A DNA stretch of 63,430 nt, filler included, from Rhabdomonas costata (lineage: Eukaryota): the NCBI GenBank assembly GCA_019059605.1. It is 40 parts of 40 records of this genome, joined end to end, with 100 filler letters (N's around TTAATTAATTAA, not from the genome) between each part and the next. Parts side by side here need not be neighbours in the genome. Positions count along the whole stretch, not along the records: positions 36,544 to 38,032 come from JAHMHO010014675.1; positions 38,133 to 39,621 come from JAHMHO010014676.1; positions 39,722 to 41,210 come from JAHMHO010014677.1; positions 41,311 to 42,798 come from JAHMHO010014678.1; positions 42,899 to 44,371 come from JAHMHO010014679.1; positions 44,472 to 45,959 come from JAHMHO010014680.1; positions 46,060 to 47,547 come from JAHMHO010014681.1; positions 47,648 to 49,135 come from JAHMHO010014682.1; 32 more parts are not named here. One strand, written 5' to 3'. The notes under the pieces are model-generated. The model searched no databases and had not been told where the DNA came from. It saw nothing but the letters and a program-made list of their open reading frames with translations. Numbering within the stretch: position 1 is the stretch's first letter; the number at the start of each line of letters is the position of its first letter. The translations under genes were made by a program, and so were the position numbers. Shown one piece after another: positions 36,838-48,932 of this stretch.

Positions 36838-37509
36838 TCACCTTGAGATGTTACCAGGCAGATTCGGGGATCGGACTCCCCACACAAGCTCCAAGCTACC
36901 TGGACACCCCCTCTCCCAGAAGAAGTCCCGGGCCAGCGAGGAGAGATTTCTCCACCGGCGAACCCCAATGACATGGATACTTCGCGTGGACTGGTGTGCC
37001 GCAAGATAGAGCAAGGACGCTATCCCCATAAGAGCCTCCACGGCACCCCACTCCTCCGTCCCCAACCTGATCCCAGGCCACAGCTTGACCCGTGTGAACA
37101 CCTGCCAGGTGGTGTTCCCAGCCCAACTCCGGTAGCTCCTCATTCTCAACACCTCATCTGTCGCAGAAACGTACAACGGCAGTCCCTGGCATGACGGGCA
37201 CCGCGCGGCAATGCAGCTAGTCAAGGCCTTCCCATCAAACTGAGCCCGCGCCGTGCGGCCGTACACCATCTTGATGAAGTCGGCGTCCAGGCGAAGATGC
37301 ACCGCAACAAAACGAGGCAGCACGGTCAGGGCTAGGGTTACAAGCCTGCGGAGCCGAGGGTGGAACTGCAGATGCTCGTTCTGGATCTCTCGCAGCGGCG
37401 CAGCGGCGGGGTACAGAAAGTCCCAGTAAAAGAACAGGCACCGCTTCCGGAAAAGGGGGGTGTGGTAGTTTGGGATGACTGTCACACAGCCCGAGCGGTT
37501 AGGTGTGTC
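36838..37509 (-). CDS. GDP-fucose O-fucosyltransferase-like protein, last exon
   Basis: LQFHPRL, FVAVHLRLDADF, LYVSAT, then AVE...A..Y..STRS..V...R in the order expected for the O-FucT family. Confidence 0.7.
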   Translation of the reverse strand, partial: DTPNRSGCVTVIPNYHTPLFRKRCLFFYWDFLYPAAAPLREIQNEHLQFHPRLRRLVTLALTVLPRFVAVHLRLDADFIKMVYGRTARAQFDGKALTSCIAARCPSCQGLPLYVSATDEVLRMRSYRSWAGNTTWQVFTRVKLWPGIRLGTEEWGAVEALMGIASLLYLAAHQSTRSIHVIGVRRWRNLSSLARDFFWERGCPGSLELVWGVRSPNLPGNISR

Positions 37510-39202
37510 CTAGAGGAGCCGGAGTCATGGGTGGGAGTGTGGCATTGATGGATTCCGTCACCATACCGCTCCACTCTCCTCGCCAATTCACGTGCGCAAT
37601 TCAGAGAGCATGAATCTTAAAGCATCCGAAATTGATAGCAACACGTTTGTTTAGAATTGGGGAGGAACGTAAAAGCCGCTCACTTTTAACTCGCTTCAGT
37701 GGGTTTATTCTATCTGAACCAGAGTTACTATGCGCTTCTCGACCTGTTCTGCCCTCCATGACCACCCACCTCCACCGGATCCCTGCAGTCTAAGACACCA
37801 CTACCGGGCGGTTTCGAAGCTGCTGTGCCAGCCAGGGTACCAACCCCAACCTATGCGATACCGGAGGAAGGGCAATGTCTCGTCGGCACACCGAGGTCCT
37901 GTCAAAGAGAGGAATGCCGCGGAGGGCAGGTGTCCGGGAAGCCGCGGAAGAGTACATTTTGCCAAACCTCAGGCTCAGAGCCTTGGACCCACGGGTTGGG
38001 GTCATGGCAGGCAGGGCGATGCTCACAACCCCNNNNNNNNNNNNNNNNNNNNNNNNNNNNNNNNNNNNNNNNNNNNTTAATTAATTAANNNNNNNNNNNN
38101 NNNNNNNNNNNNNNNNNNNNNNNNNNNNNNNNTCCCTTTGTCCCGATTAAACCGAATAAGAAACTGGACACGGGCACAAAAAATAACTTGATTTGCATTC
38201 ATTCATATAGTTCTTAATTTTTGGTCCTTGATGGCAGCGAATCGTACATGAATCTCTCATGATGACACCGCGAGTGCACATGATGACACGCGTATCAGCA
38301 AATCAATATGGAAACCTTCTGTCCCTTCTTGACTAGGGAAAACCTCTAAAATCCGGCCTTTTATCACTTTCCGGAAGAGTTATACGTCCCTTTTTCGCGG
38401 TGAAAAATGTGTGAAACGGTAGGTCTCCGTCACACAACAGAATGACATTAATACGAGTCAGAGTAGCTCACTTGAGTTATTGTCGGAGCGCTTTTTAGGG
38501 TTAAAATGGACCTTCGGGAGTCAAATCCTCTAATGGGCTTTTCCGGGCCGGACCAAGTCTTTCTGACTAAAATCGGTCCTTCAGAGGTCCACCATTTATG
38601 CCAAAATAATGTCTTTGTAGGCGGCTGGCACGGAGCCATGCGACACCGCAGGCAAACACGAGAAATGCGCCCAAACTACACCCCGAAACCCCTTAAAATC
38701 AGCCAATTCCAGCCTTCCACCCCAAATACATGTCTTGATTTTCAAATACAACGTTTTGCAAAACGTACTGAACGCACCCCTTTCCGCCCCACTACATCAA
38801 TGTTGAAAATTCGGCAGCAATGAACTCCCTAAAGATAGGCCCCAACATTGACCATGACCGGGAGAGAGCGAGGGTGTTCAATCCAGTTTTGCAAACCGTT
38901 GGCGGTGCACAGACAGAGCTCGAAAATCGGGTCTCCGGGGTGAAAAAAATCGACCTCCCGGAAATCGACCCAGCTTGATGTTTTTGAGGGTCGGAAAAGC
39001 GCGTTTTCGCCTACTTTTGGCTTCTAAACAGCCTTTTGGGGGGCACTCCAAGGCATGTCTGTGTGTGTGTCCGTGTGTGCCGTTTTGACGTGGAGCTTTT
39101 CTTTGCGCAAAGGAGTCGAAGCCTTGGGGGGAGGTTTCTTGTCCTACCCCCAGGTTCGTGGTAGGAAGCCATCCAATGACGTTTCTGAAGTCGGGGGTTC
39201 CG

Positions 39203-39312
39203 AAAAACGCGTTTTTACGCGGATTTGAGGGGGTTTTACGGATTTTGGGGGGCAAAAACCCTGGAAAAGGGGGCTTTTTGGCGTCAAAAAGGGCTTCAAA
39301 AGGGGTGAAAAT
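39203..39312. other. Helically phased A/T tracts (period about 10.5 bp)
   Basis: Eleven 4-5 nt A/T tracts with centres from 39205 to 39310, separated by G/C blocks. Confidence 0.85.
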
Positions 39313-39939
39313 GAGCGAACTTCGGCCGCTTCGGTAAAGTGGTGATTCGGTTGGTTGCAATAGCGGCAAACCGCGCGGGGGGGGGGTCCCCTTTCCTCGA
39401 TGTAAGTGTAATCCATATTGGGATAAGCATGCACCCTCGTTTCGTTACGGGACCCCTTAGCGCGCGCGCGGGGCGCAGCGCCTTTCCTTGTGCGTGTGAA
39501 GAAGCTGCGCTTTTTTTTTTGCGCGAAGTAGTCGGCGTTTCAAGCCTCGGCAGGACCTTCAAGCCTGCATGGGTAAGCTATCGAATGGAAAAAGTCCGGG
39601 GCAAAAATTCGACGTTTTTTTNNNNNNNNNNNNNNNNNNNNNNNNNNNNNNNNNNNNNNNNNNNNTTAATTAATTAANNNNNNNNNNNNNNNNNNNNNNN
39701 NNNNNNNNNNNNNNNNNNNNNTGTTGAAGGCATTGAGCAAAAATCGCAAATCGCAGCAGCACGAAAACCGCCACCCAAGTATTCGACTCTAAAAACTACT
39801 GGAATCACTCGCTTTGTTTTTTCTTATTTTTATCGTTAGGATTTTGTTTTTAAATTTTGAACGCACAGCTCGGTTCAGGTTGTCACACCCTTAATTAGAA
39901 GCGACTGCACCCCTGTACAATGCACCCCGCAACCCGAAC

Positions 39940-40675
39940 CTGGATGCTGACGTAGAGCGCGGGGACGTTGAAGGTCTCGAACATGATCTGAGTCATCTTC
40001 TCTCGGTTGGCCTTGGGGTTCATGGGTGCCTCCGTGAGCAAGGTGGCATGGTCCTCGGGGGCCACCCGCAGCTCGTTGAAGAAAGTGTGGTGCCAGATCT
40101 TCTCCATGTCGTCCCAGTTCGTGACGATGCCGTGCTCAATGGGGTACTTGATGAACAGGATCCCCCGCTTTGCCTGGGCATCATCACCAATGTAAGCATC
40201 CTTCTTGGCAGTCCCCATCATCGCCGCTTCGGTCTTCGGGCGCCCAACGATGGATGGAAACACGCACCGCGGGGCATCATCTGTGGGAATATAAAATAAA
40301 GCCCGCATTCGTTCTTCAATGTGCGCAGAGAATCTTCAGGGGAACCTCAAACGTGTTGGCAATGCGCAGGTTGCGGAATTGCGTGCCGAGACTTGGAGGG
40401 AGTACGGTTGAGCTACGAACCGTCGTTCAAAAGTAAGGACAAGCGACTCGTGTGAAGTGTGAAGAGCGTCATGTGAAGTCCAAAAAAACCGCTTGGAAAA
40501 TCATGCGTGCAAATGTTTTGATGGTCAACTAAAACCATCAAGTATCAAACAAACAGCATCAAGCACAGCACAAAACCAGCTTGGAAAAATTGCTCACACC
40601 TCCAGCAAAGCCAGCCTTCACCATCCCCGAACCATTGTCGCAGACAATTGCAGTCGTTTCTCCTTCCTCCGCCAT
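39940..40675 (-). CDS. ACT: Actin, exons 1-2 (40675-40600, 40280-39940)
   Basis: [41 protein letters not shown]...[22 protein letters not shown]...[34 protein letters not shown]; phase-1 GT-AG intron. Confidence 0.99.
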
Positions 40676-40679
40676 TGCG

Positions 40680-40723
40680 CTTATAAGATTGAGAGAAGAA
40701 ACGCTGGCAATAAAAGAAAGAGC
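40680..40723 (-). promoter_or_regulatory. Probable spliced-leader trans-splicing acceptor of actin
   Basis: Pyrimidine tract ...TTTCTTCTCTCAATCTTATAAG ending 4 nt before the ATG. Euglenozoa trans-splice their mRNAs; a 5'UTR cis-intron is not excluded. Confidence 0.55.
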
Positions 40724-42748
40724 TGAACCTCCGTCGAACAGGTAAAAAACATCTTGGAGGCACACGTGACGTAACACTGGAGCCAAGTGACCAGGGAACG
40801 AGGGCGAAGAAAGGAATTCGAGGGAAAATGGATTCACAGTCGTTCCACAACGGGAGTTTTCCGTGGTGTTCAGAGGAAAATGGATTTTTAAAATGGATTT
40901 TTTTCAGTTTGACGAAGCCAGCTCCTTCAAACAACAAAACACTTGCTGAAGGTGGCACAGCCACTGTAAATTCATGCAGCCAGAAAACACGTCGAACCAC
41001 ACACCACGCGAGCGAGCAGGCTGGTTAATACACATCCTGCTCGGTATCGAGGAGAACAAGAACACGCACACACAGCTAAACAAAAAGACGCTCACTGGTG
41101 ATTAATCATGTGCAGCAACGGAGAGAAAGCCGTGAAGTGCGGGAAGAAAACAAACTTCGACGTATTGCACACCAGCAACGAACAAATTCCCAGCAAAGCC
41201 GGGAAGATGCNNNNNNNNNNNNNNNNNNNNNNNNNNNNNNNNNNNNNNNNNNNNTTAATTAATTAANNNNNNNNNNNNNNNNNNNNNNNNNNNNNNNNNN
41301 NNNNNNNNNNGGGGTTTGGGGAGCATATATATAGACACATGCAGAAAGTTGCTGCAACCGACATTGACGTACACAAAATTGCACACCGAAAAGTCAGCCT
41401 TCAGTAGTCATACTTGAAGCTCATCTTCAAGAACGGCTACCATCACCACCACCTCCTCTTCCTCCTCCAGTTCCGGATACCCAGTGCACTTCAGGCAGAT
41501 GAGTGAAGAGGACAGCGGCATGATGCCCCAACCGATCCGTGGACAGAAGAGGAGCTGCGACGTCTGGGCCAGCCGGAGGCGCCGAAGGCCAACACATCCA
41601 CGGGTGACATGACGGCCACGACCCGCCGAATCACTGTCCAGGGACGTTGGAAGACACGCAGCAATGGCAAGGCAGCGGTGGAACCTGAGTGTGAGGTACC
41701 ATTGGGTGACACCACATAGCAGCTGACCGAAGTGCCGGAGCTAGTATCGCTGGCAAACACGCTGGTAACGTGCGGTGTGTCCCGCCAAACCTTGTTATGG
41801 TGCACTCCAGACAACCCTGCAGTCCATCCGGTGCGAAGCAGATCGCTGTAATGCGCTATCGAGCCCCCAGTCGAGCCCCTCTTCAGCGTGCATCCATGGC
41901 ACTGAATCCGTACGGAACCCAAGGCACCTCCAGCCAGAGAAGTGGCTCTCCTGAGAGCCACTCCTGAGCCACCCAAGAGCAGGAACGAAAAACTACTACA
42001 CTACTACGATCTCTTTTCACAGGACCCTAGCGAGGATCTTTCTCAGTTGGTACAATAAGGAGCCGAGGAAGTTCCACAGTACCTCCTCCGGGCGCACAAG
42101 GACGAGCAGAGAGCAGAGACGCTGGGGCAGCAGTAGTTTCACGAAGAGTTCCAGAGGCGTCAGTACAGCCAGCGTTCGAGATCCACCACAGCAGCATCAC
42201 CCAGCTTCCATGCCTTGCTCAACCTGAGACTCAGTGTGAACCGAACCACAGCCTCACGATGGCGAACGGATAAGGGAAGCGAAGAACCCGGGACCCCCCA
42301 CGTCGGTGTCATGGTGGCTGGGGCGCGGCCAGCAGCGAGCCCCCAGGCACAAACCAATCCCCGTCAGTGGCCCAGCAGCCTCATGTCCATCCATATCCAC
42401 AGCAACTACACTCCGTCCACACAGCGAACCCCCACCCCAAGTAGGAAGCACGGCCATCTTACCCCCCCCGCCGAAGACAACGTTGGCTTGAGTGTCCCAA
42501 GCCGACGGCCAAACAAGACCAGGCACATCGATCCCAGCAGCGAAATCGGGCCCCCAGCGTTACAGCAAAAAAGCAAGAGATGATCCGCGCTGGTCTCACG
42601 GCCAATTTGTACAGACACGTGTACATACCTCGCGCAGGGTTTTGCCCATGACTTCCAACGCATTAAAACACAGACCCCGCCATTGCAAGTCATGCCATGT
42701 AGTCAGCATGTTGCTTTCCAGCCGCCAGTACCCTTCCAGAAGCCTGAC

Positions 42749-42797
42749 ACACCCACACCCACACCCACACCCACACCCACACCCACACCCACACCCC
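42749..42797. repeat. (ACACCC)n hexamer microsatellite at contig end
   Basis: About 8 perfect units. Confidence 0.9.
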
Positions 42798-44244
42798 ANN
42801 NNNNNNNNNNNNNNNNNNNNNNNNNNNNNNNNNNNNNNNNNNTTAATTAATTAANNNNNNNNNNNNNNNNNNNNNNNNNNNNNNNNNNNNNNNNNNNNGG
42901 GGTTTTGGTACGTTTGTATGTTGGCGTGTTGGTTCCACATGGGTGAATAATGACCTGTGCTTGTGTAGTTCAGCAACCGAGCAATGTTGCAGCTCATCCT
43001 TCTTCAAAAGTAGGAAGAACTGTCATTACGGCCTCAGCGTTTGAAGGAAGGTGCGTAGGAAGGACCCCCATTTTTGTATGGGGTCACGCCGTATGATGAC
43101 GGCTGGACCTTTTTTGGCCGAGGTTCGTTCTTAACAACAATTGGAGTCTACGGGATGTTAAGGGGGGCATGCGGGTGGAAATTTTTCACCAAGCCCTTCA
43201 TTCCGAGAGTCCCTGTAGCAGATTTAGCAGTGAATATCCCTCTGACGCACCACAGGTGGAGGGTGTGCGCCCTTTGAATCGCCACTTACTCCTGACCCTT
43301 GGAGCGTCTTCCTTCCAAGTAGGAGAACACCACACTGAAGTTACCGTCTCTCCGAGTGCTGAAAAGAAGGTCTTGCCGACGACCCTCCCACCCAGCCAAC
43401 CTCCCCGCTCTTCCAACCTGCTCTACCAATCCAGAGTAGAATTCCTTTGTGCCTTCCTTTTTTCTCTTCGCTTTTGATGTTATTGGTGGCGAGTTGGATT
43501 TTCTCTGACTTTCTCAAGGTTGCACCCTCAGATGAGCGCGTTTTCTTCTCCAAGAATCTCAAGAACCTCCCCTTTGGCTTCCAAAATGCTTCGGCTTGAA
43601 GAGTGTTGGGAAATGGACTTGTGGCTATGTCGGCGGGTTGCGATGTCATGCGGGAGTTGACCTCACCATGCCAGACACATGCGCATCCCAGTGTTTTTGT
43701 TGCCTTAGAAGAAAAATGAGGGAAACAAAGGGAGAAATGCGTGATCTTCAGTGCTGCTCATATCATGGAGAGGGGTGTGGGGATTTGGCGAGGAGGGGGG
43801 GGTTCAACCAAAGGTTCTAAAACTGCCTCATCCAGACCAAGACCCTTGCTGCCAGCTCAGCGATTACCAGATGACCCCCGCGGTATATCGTGTGTGTGTG
43901 TGGCCCGTCCAGACAGAAGAATTGGTGAACAGAGACAAAATTCCGAAACTTTCTGGCACTTCTGGGCCGAGTGCACTTTTTGATCCTAAGGCCCAGTCCT
44001 TTTGCACCATGAGACCCAGTTCAAAACCAACCCGTCAAAGCAGTTTTTGCTTTGAAAGTTTATTTTGGCATCGGTGAAACCATCTGTCACCCATGCCAAT
44101 TTGGATTGCTTGCATCGGTCTTTCGGTGATTGATCATTCCCGCAAACAGCTTCCTTTGTGTCCTGAAAGTAGGACCCAGCCAGAGACCCTACCATAGTGC
44201 AAACCATCCATGTGAACAACGGGAAACCGCGACGGCCCCCTCAG

Positions 44245-44354
44245 GTGTTGGCTGCAGAGCTGGGGCGGCTGGAGGTGATGGAGTTTGTGCTGCGGCGGCG
44301 AAGCCGTAAGCTGTACACCTACGCCGGGATGGAGGCCCAGCTGTACAGCTTACG
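44245..44354 (+). CDS. TRPV-like cation channel exon (last ankyrin repeat plus linker)
   Basis: VLAAELGRLEVMEFVLRRRSRKLYTYAGMEAQLYSL follows the TRPV5/6 pattern LAxxxG...F..L..R...WTYG....LYxL; preceded by a CAG acceptor. Confidence 0.6.
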
Positions 44355-44807
44355 GCTTCGCCACCACAACCNNNNNNNNNNNNNNNNNNNNNNNNNNNNN
44401 NNNNNNNNNNNNNNNTTAATTAATTAANNNNNNNNNNNNNNNNNNNNNNNNNNNNNNNNNNNNNNNNNNNNGATGATTTGAAGCTTCGGGAGTGGCTAAA
44501 GTGCTAAAGGACATTTTCAGTGATGGTATTCTTTTATTTCCTCTCGCATGGGGTTAGGGAGTGATGCAGTTGTCCCCCGAAAAAAAAAAGGTGCACTGCG
44601 GTCGGTATGCCGCTTATTTTTTCTTTTGTCTCACTTCTTTGCAATACTCTTGCTTGCGAAACTGAAACCGAACGAGAGGTCTATTCTGAGCGGTTGTCAA
44701 CTTTTGGGTGTGCGTTCTTGTTTGTATTTCCTCGTCCATCCTATGCCAAAGCTTATGTATGTGTCGCTTTTTGCACACTCATCAGCATGGATGTCATGTG
44801 TGTTCAG

Positions 44808-44921
44808 GCCAACGCAAACAAGGCAGTTGTGGAAAAGAAGAAGGTAGTGGTGGTTCTTCCTACTCGCTCCGCGGGGCCCTCCCAGGACCAGGTTGCTCCA
44901 CCGCGGTCTGCGCCGGCGAAG
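44808..44921 (+). CDS. Hypothetical protein internal exon
   Basis: Open segment ANANKAVVEKKKVVVVLPTRSAGP...APAK bounded by CAG and GTGCGG. Confidence 0.45.
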
Positions 44922-46083
44922 GTGCGGGGTGCTGGGGTTATCCATCACTATTTCTTGGCCCCATTCACTCGGAAGCTGCTATTTTTGTCGCAGGGACTCA
45001 ACACCGCAACTGCGATTACCTGATATATTCAGCCAGAGCTTGTGCCGCTCACAACTAACCGGCTACCTATCGCGGACGCCTATTTTACCGCACTACATCG
45101 TTTGTACTACTTTTCGTAGCCAGAGGTAGAACCCAAGTTTCCAGGTTCAAGAGGAACCAGAGAACTTTGGCCAACCCACCCAACCGTGGAGAACCTTTTT
45201 TACGGCGACGGTCTGTGTCTTTGTGTTGGTTTCGGTCCTGGGTTGTTGGTCAAGGCTGCGCGATTTTCACGCTTATTGGAATCGGGAGAAAAACCTGGAA
45301 AACTAAGTGGTCCCTTGATTGGATAACTCAATGTCTTATGCGTATATCGGTGAAAACATCGCCCAGCCGGCCTCCTTCAAGGATGGTGCATGCCTGGTAT
45401 GTGGTGAGATTTCCTCAGGTGAGAGGTGAGAGTTCGCTAACCGGGGAAATACTCCGAGATCCCTAATTTGGTTTGTTGCTTCCACTCCGACGGGTGTTGT
45501 TGCTTCCTTTCGTGTGTTAAGGCGGGCCCAAGAACTGGCGCTTTGACGCGCAGCAGCGGCTGCAGATGTACGACTTTGACAGCGCGCTTTATCTTCTGGC
45601 GCACACCGCGTGCGGAGGGGAGCTGATGTGTGGTGCTGGGGGCGGCCGCAAGGTGTGGACATGGGGGCTGTGTCTTCCCCGTTACAACAAATTCCTTCCT
45701 TGCTAAAACGCTTTGCTGAACTCACTTTCACTCAGGAAAGTGCATTCTCAGCTGTCCGATGAGGCTGATTTGCCTCAGAACTTCGGCGATATTGCTTGCA
45801 CCTCAGTAGCAAAGGCCGTAAATGCGATCACAGAATGACAACCAATGTCAATACAGAATCTGGGTGAGGGACTAATTCAATTTCCCCTCATTTCTCAACG
45901 AACACCCCCCCCCAAGACACACACACACACTAACACGATTCACGTGTGCACCAACAACANNNNNNNNNNNNNNNNNNNNNNNNNNNNNNNNNNNNNNNNN
46001 NNNTTAATTAATTAANNNNNNNNNNNNNNNNNNNNNNNNNNNNNNNNNNNNNNNNNNNNGGACAGCAGTAGGTCCACAATGGC

Positions 46084-47377
46084 TCAGGGGGTGGGGGGCG
46101 GGGCCCGGGTGAAGGCGGTGGCATGCAGCACGTCGAAGTTCGTCCCCACCGCAGCAATGAACTGCGCGGCATTCACCTTGGCCTCGTCCGCGGTGTTCCG
46201 GGCCAGCTCGGACAGCGGCACGCGGAGGTTTTTCAGAGCAGCCTTCATTTGGGCACCCGAAATCAGCCCCGTGTGGTTGATGTCGATCATCTCAAATATC
46301 GTCGAGAGGTCAGGCTGCTGAATCTGAAGCAACCCAAATTGTACATGTTACATGGCGAGGACCACGTCAACAGGAGAATTGCAGCAGAAACTGCAACCGC
46401 ATCTCTGCGTGTCTTAAGTCTGAAAACGTATGAAAAAGACGCTCGCAAAACACCCTATCGGTTGCATACCGGAGTTCGAGAATACCGCAATGCGTTCCCT
46501 GGACAGTAGGTTGTTGTAGAGAATACGCTGGAGGGTCAACATGCACCTTCCCCACTTCTCCAGCTGTTACTGGTTTTCCGACAGCAAAACCAATCCACTT
46601 TTTTGTCAAAGCCGTCAAACTGGCGCGCAGAAAGCGTCAAACTGGCTTTCTTTCTTTCACTTCCTCAGAAGAATATGCGCTGTGGTTGTTGATGCCTGCA
46701 GTCCCACAAAATGCTGTTTCTCTTTTCGCGCACGACAGCCAGCTCATCAATCTGTCATCTTTCTGGTTATGCCCTTCAACACTGAATTCTTGAGTAAATT
46801 CCACTTAGATAAGGAAAGCAAGTGCCCAGCGGTAAGCACGTGTAAAATTGGGGGGGGTTAGCTATGCTGACGTATGCTTCGCCCCACCGGGCCTGTCTCC
46901 ATCCATGGCTCCGAAATGTGGTTTTGATTTGGACATATAAAAAAGCATGGCGGCAGACATTACGTGTCAAATCTTGTTTACTTGGAGATTCCGCCTTAAG
47001 GCTGTGTGGGACAAGAAGCGGAGCAACAGGGATACGAAAGACGCGTCATGGGGCACCAGAGCAGACCGAGGGTGACAGGTCAGGAAATCATGACCCCAAG
47101 GACCGGCCATGCCGCGCTTCAGGAGGCCTGCTATACTTACAAAAGACCCACACCTGCTTCGTTTTAGCTCTGTTTTCAAGGGAGTTCTCCTTAAAGTCAC
47201 CTGAACTACGCGAGCATTATATTGTTTATATTGATACATATCTGTAAATTGAGGTACAACTCACTCACACTGAGTTGCTCTGTTAACCAGATCGCTGTAG
47301 CTGCGCTCCTTCATCTTGGTGAGCTCCTCGAGCAAGAACTGCCGAGGGTTCTCAGGGTGGTTGTACACCAAAAGTTC
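46084..47377 (-). CDS. EFCAB10-like protein (docking domain plus EF-hand); exons 47377-47288, 46323-46084
   Basis: ELLVYNHPENPRQFLLEELTKMK then DLSTIFEMIDINHTGLISGAQMKAALKNL; phase-0 GT-AG intron. Confidence 0.8.
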
Positions 47378-47937
47378 CTGAAACGCCGCAAAAGCAAAAC
47401 GCAAATCGATCGGTCAAAAAACAAAAAAAGATGCCCAAGACTTCCAGAACTCAACAGAAAATCAGCCAGTTACAAACAAAGACTGCTTTTGCTGTCGCAG
47501 GAAACTTCTCGCGCGCACTTGCGGAGAGCCGCAATTTCAGAATTTCANNNNNNNNNNNNNNNNNNNNNNNNNNNNNNNNNNNNNNNNNNNNTTAATTAAT
47601 TAANNNNNNNNNNNNNNNNNNNNNNNNNNNNNNNNNNNNNNNNNNNNGGGGGTGTGTTTGGGGGGTTTTTGGAGCTCACAGGGTACTTGCCGAAGGAAGG
47701 GCAAGCCTTGAGGCGGAAATAGTGAGAAGTTGTAGGATTCGTTAGAAGAATGCGATAATAGTTTTGGTTGAAGACCTGGAAGAGAATTGGCTGCACATGA
47801 TGCTCTGCGCCATGGCTGTCATGTTCAGGTTCGGATCCGCGCTTGAGCGAGACGAACAACTAACCATTGTTGACAAAGGACAGAAAGTGAGCAGCCTCGT
47901 CCCTCCCATCCCAAGCAGACACAAAAACAAAAGAGAC

Positions 47938-48932
47938 CTCCTGAGAGAGCCGCTGCAGTTTGTGCAACAGAAGCTCGCTGCGGCGCTGCTCGTCGATGTC
48001 CTGGTAAATCTTCTGTTGGTCCAGCAGCATCTTCCGGCGCCGCTTCTCGCGCTCCTTGCGCGCCACGGAGTCCTCAACCTTCGAGGACAGAGGCGAAGTG
48101 GCTGTCTCTGGACCTTGGTTTCCTCACAGAGTCTCAAGTGCACTCTTCCGAGCCCTTTTTTCGTCCGCTTCATTCAGACAAACGATTACGAACTTGATCT
48201 GACTGCAGGCAATGATCTGAATGACGCCAATATGGATGTGGATTCCGCAACCAGGGCGGGTGCTGTGCCATGGTAGTGCGCTTTTTACTGTGTACCACAT
48301 GGAAACTTAAAGGACACTGACAGGAGTGAGGCGCACCCGCCAACCGCCCATCCCCCAAGTCCCTCAACCTTGCGCTGGCGGATGCGCTGCATGTAAGACT
48401 CGCTAAGGGGCACTGTGCTGGCCAGGCTCTCGGCGGTGGTCTGCGCCAACCTTTCCAGGTGCCGGAAAGGCACCACGCTCTGCATCGTCATGGCCATTTT
48501 CAGCCGAGCCTGCGGGGCCAAAAACATCAAACCTGAGCATCATCATCAACATGACTCCGTTCAGACACCCGCTCAAGCAGTGTCAGAGGCACTTCGAGGA
48601 AATTTTGGGGAAAGGTTACCTCAGAATAAGTCGCGCAACATGTATCTACTCTGAGCATTCTTCAAAAACGCTTCAAGAGTGCCCAGAAGCGGCCATGCAC
48701 CGCCCAGGACCTGGGCATTGGCGGACGTGCCCAGGTCGGCCTCGGCAGCGGCATCGGCGTTGCGCTGGGACTTCGCGTCCAGGCCCATCCGGACCAGTCG
48801 GGACTCAAACTGGTCGATCTCCGTCGTTGCGGTGCTGCGGGCGGCAGTGCGAGTGCGGGAGATACTCTGGGCCTCGTCGTCCATCAGCTTCTTCTTCCAT
48901 GCCTCCTCACGAGCCAGGCGCTCGTCTCGAAT
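47938..48932 (-). CDS. SPEF2: Sperm flagellar protein 2 (SPEF2/CPC1)-like, partial; exons 48932-48711, 48509-48369, 48078-47938
   Basis: EIDQFE and YMQRIRQRKVEDSVARKEREKRRRKMLLDQ...LQRLSQE match the SPEF2 coiled coil. Confidence 0.8.

Noticed and set aside
41490..42583. Long plus-strand frame with few stops as stop-codon reassignment or a gag pseudogene
   Set aside because: All three stop types occur, the GC-rich DNA gives few stops by chance, and no motif is recognisable.
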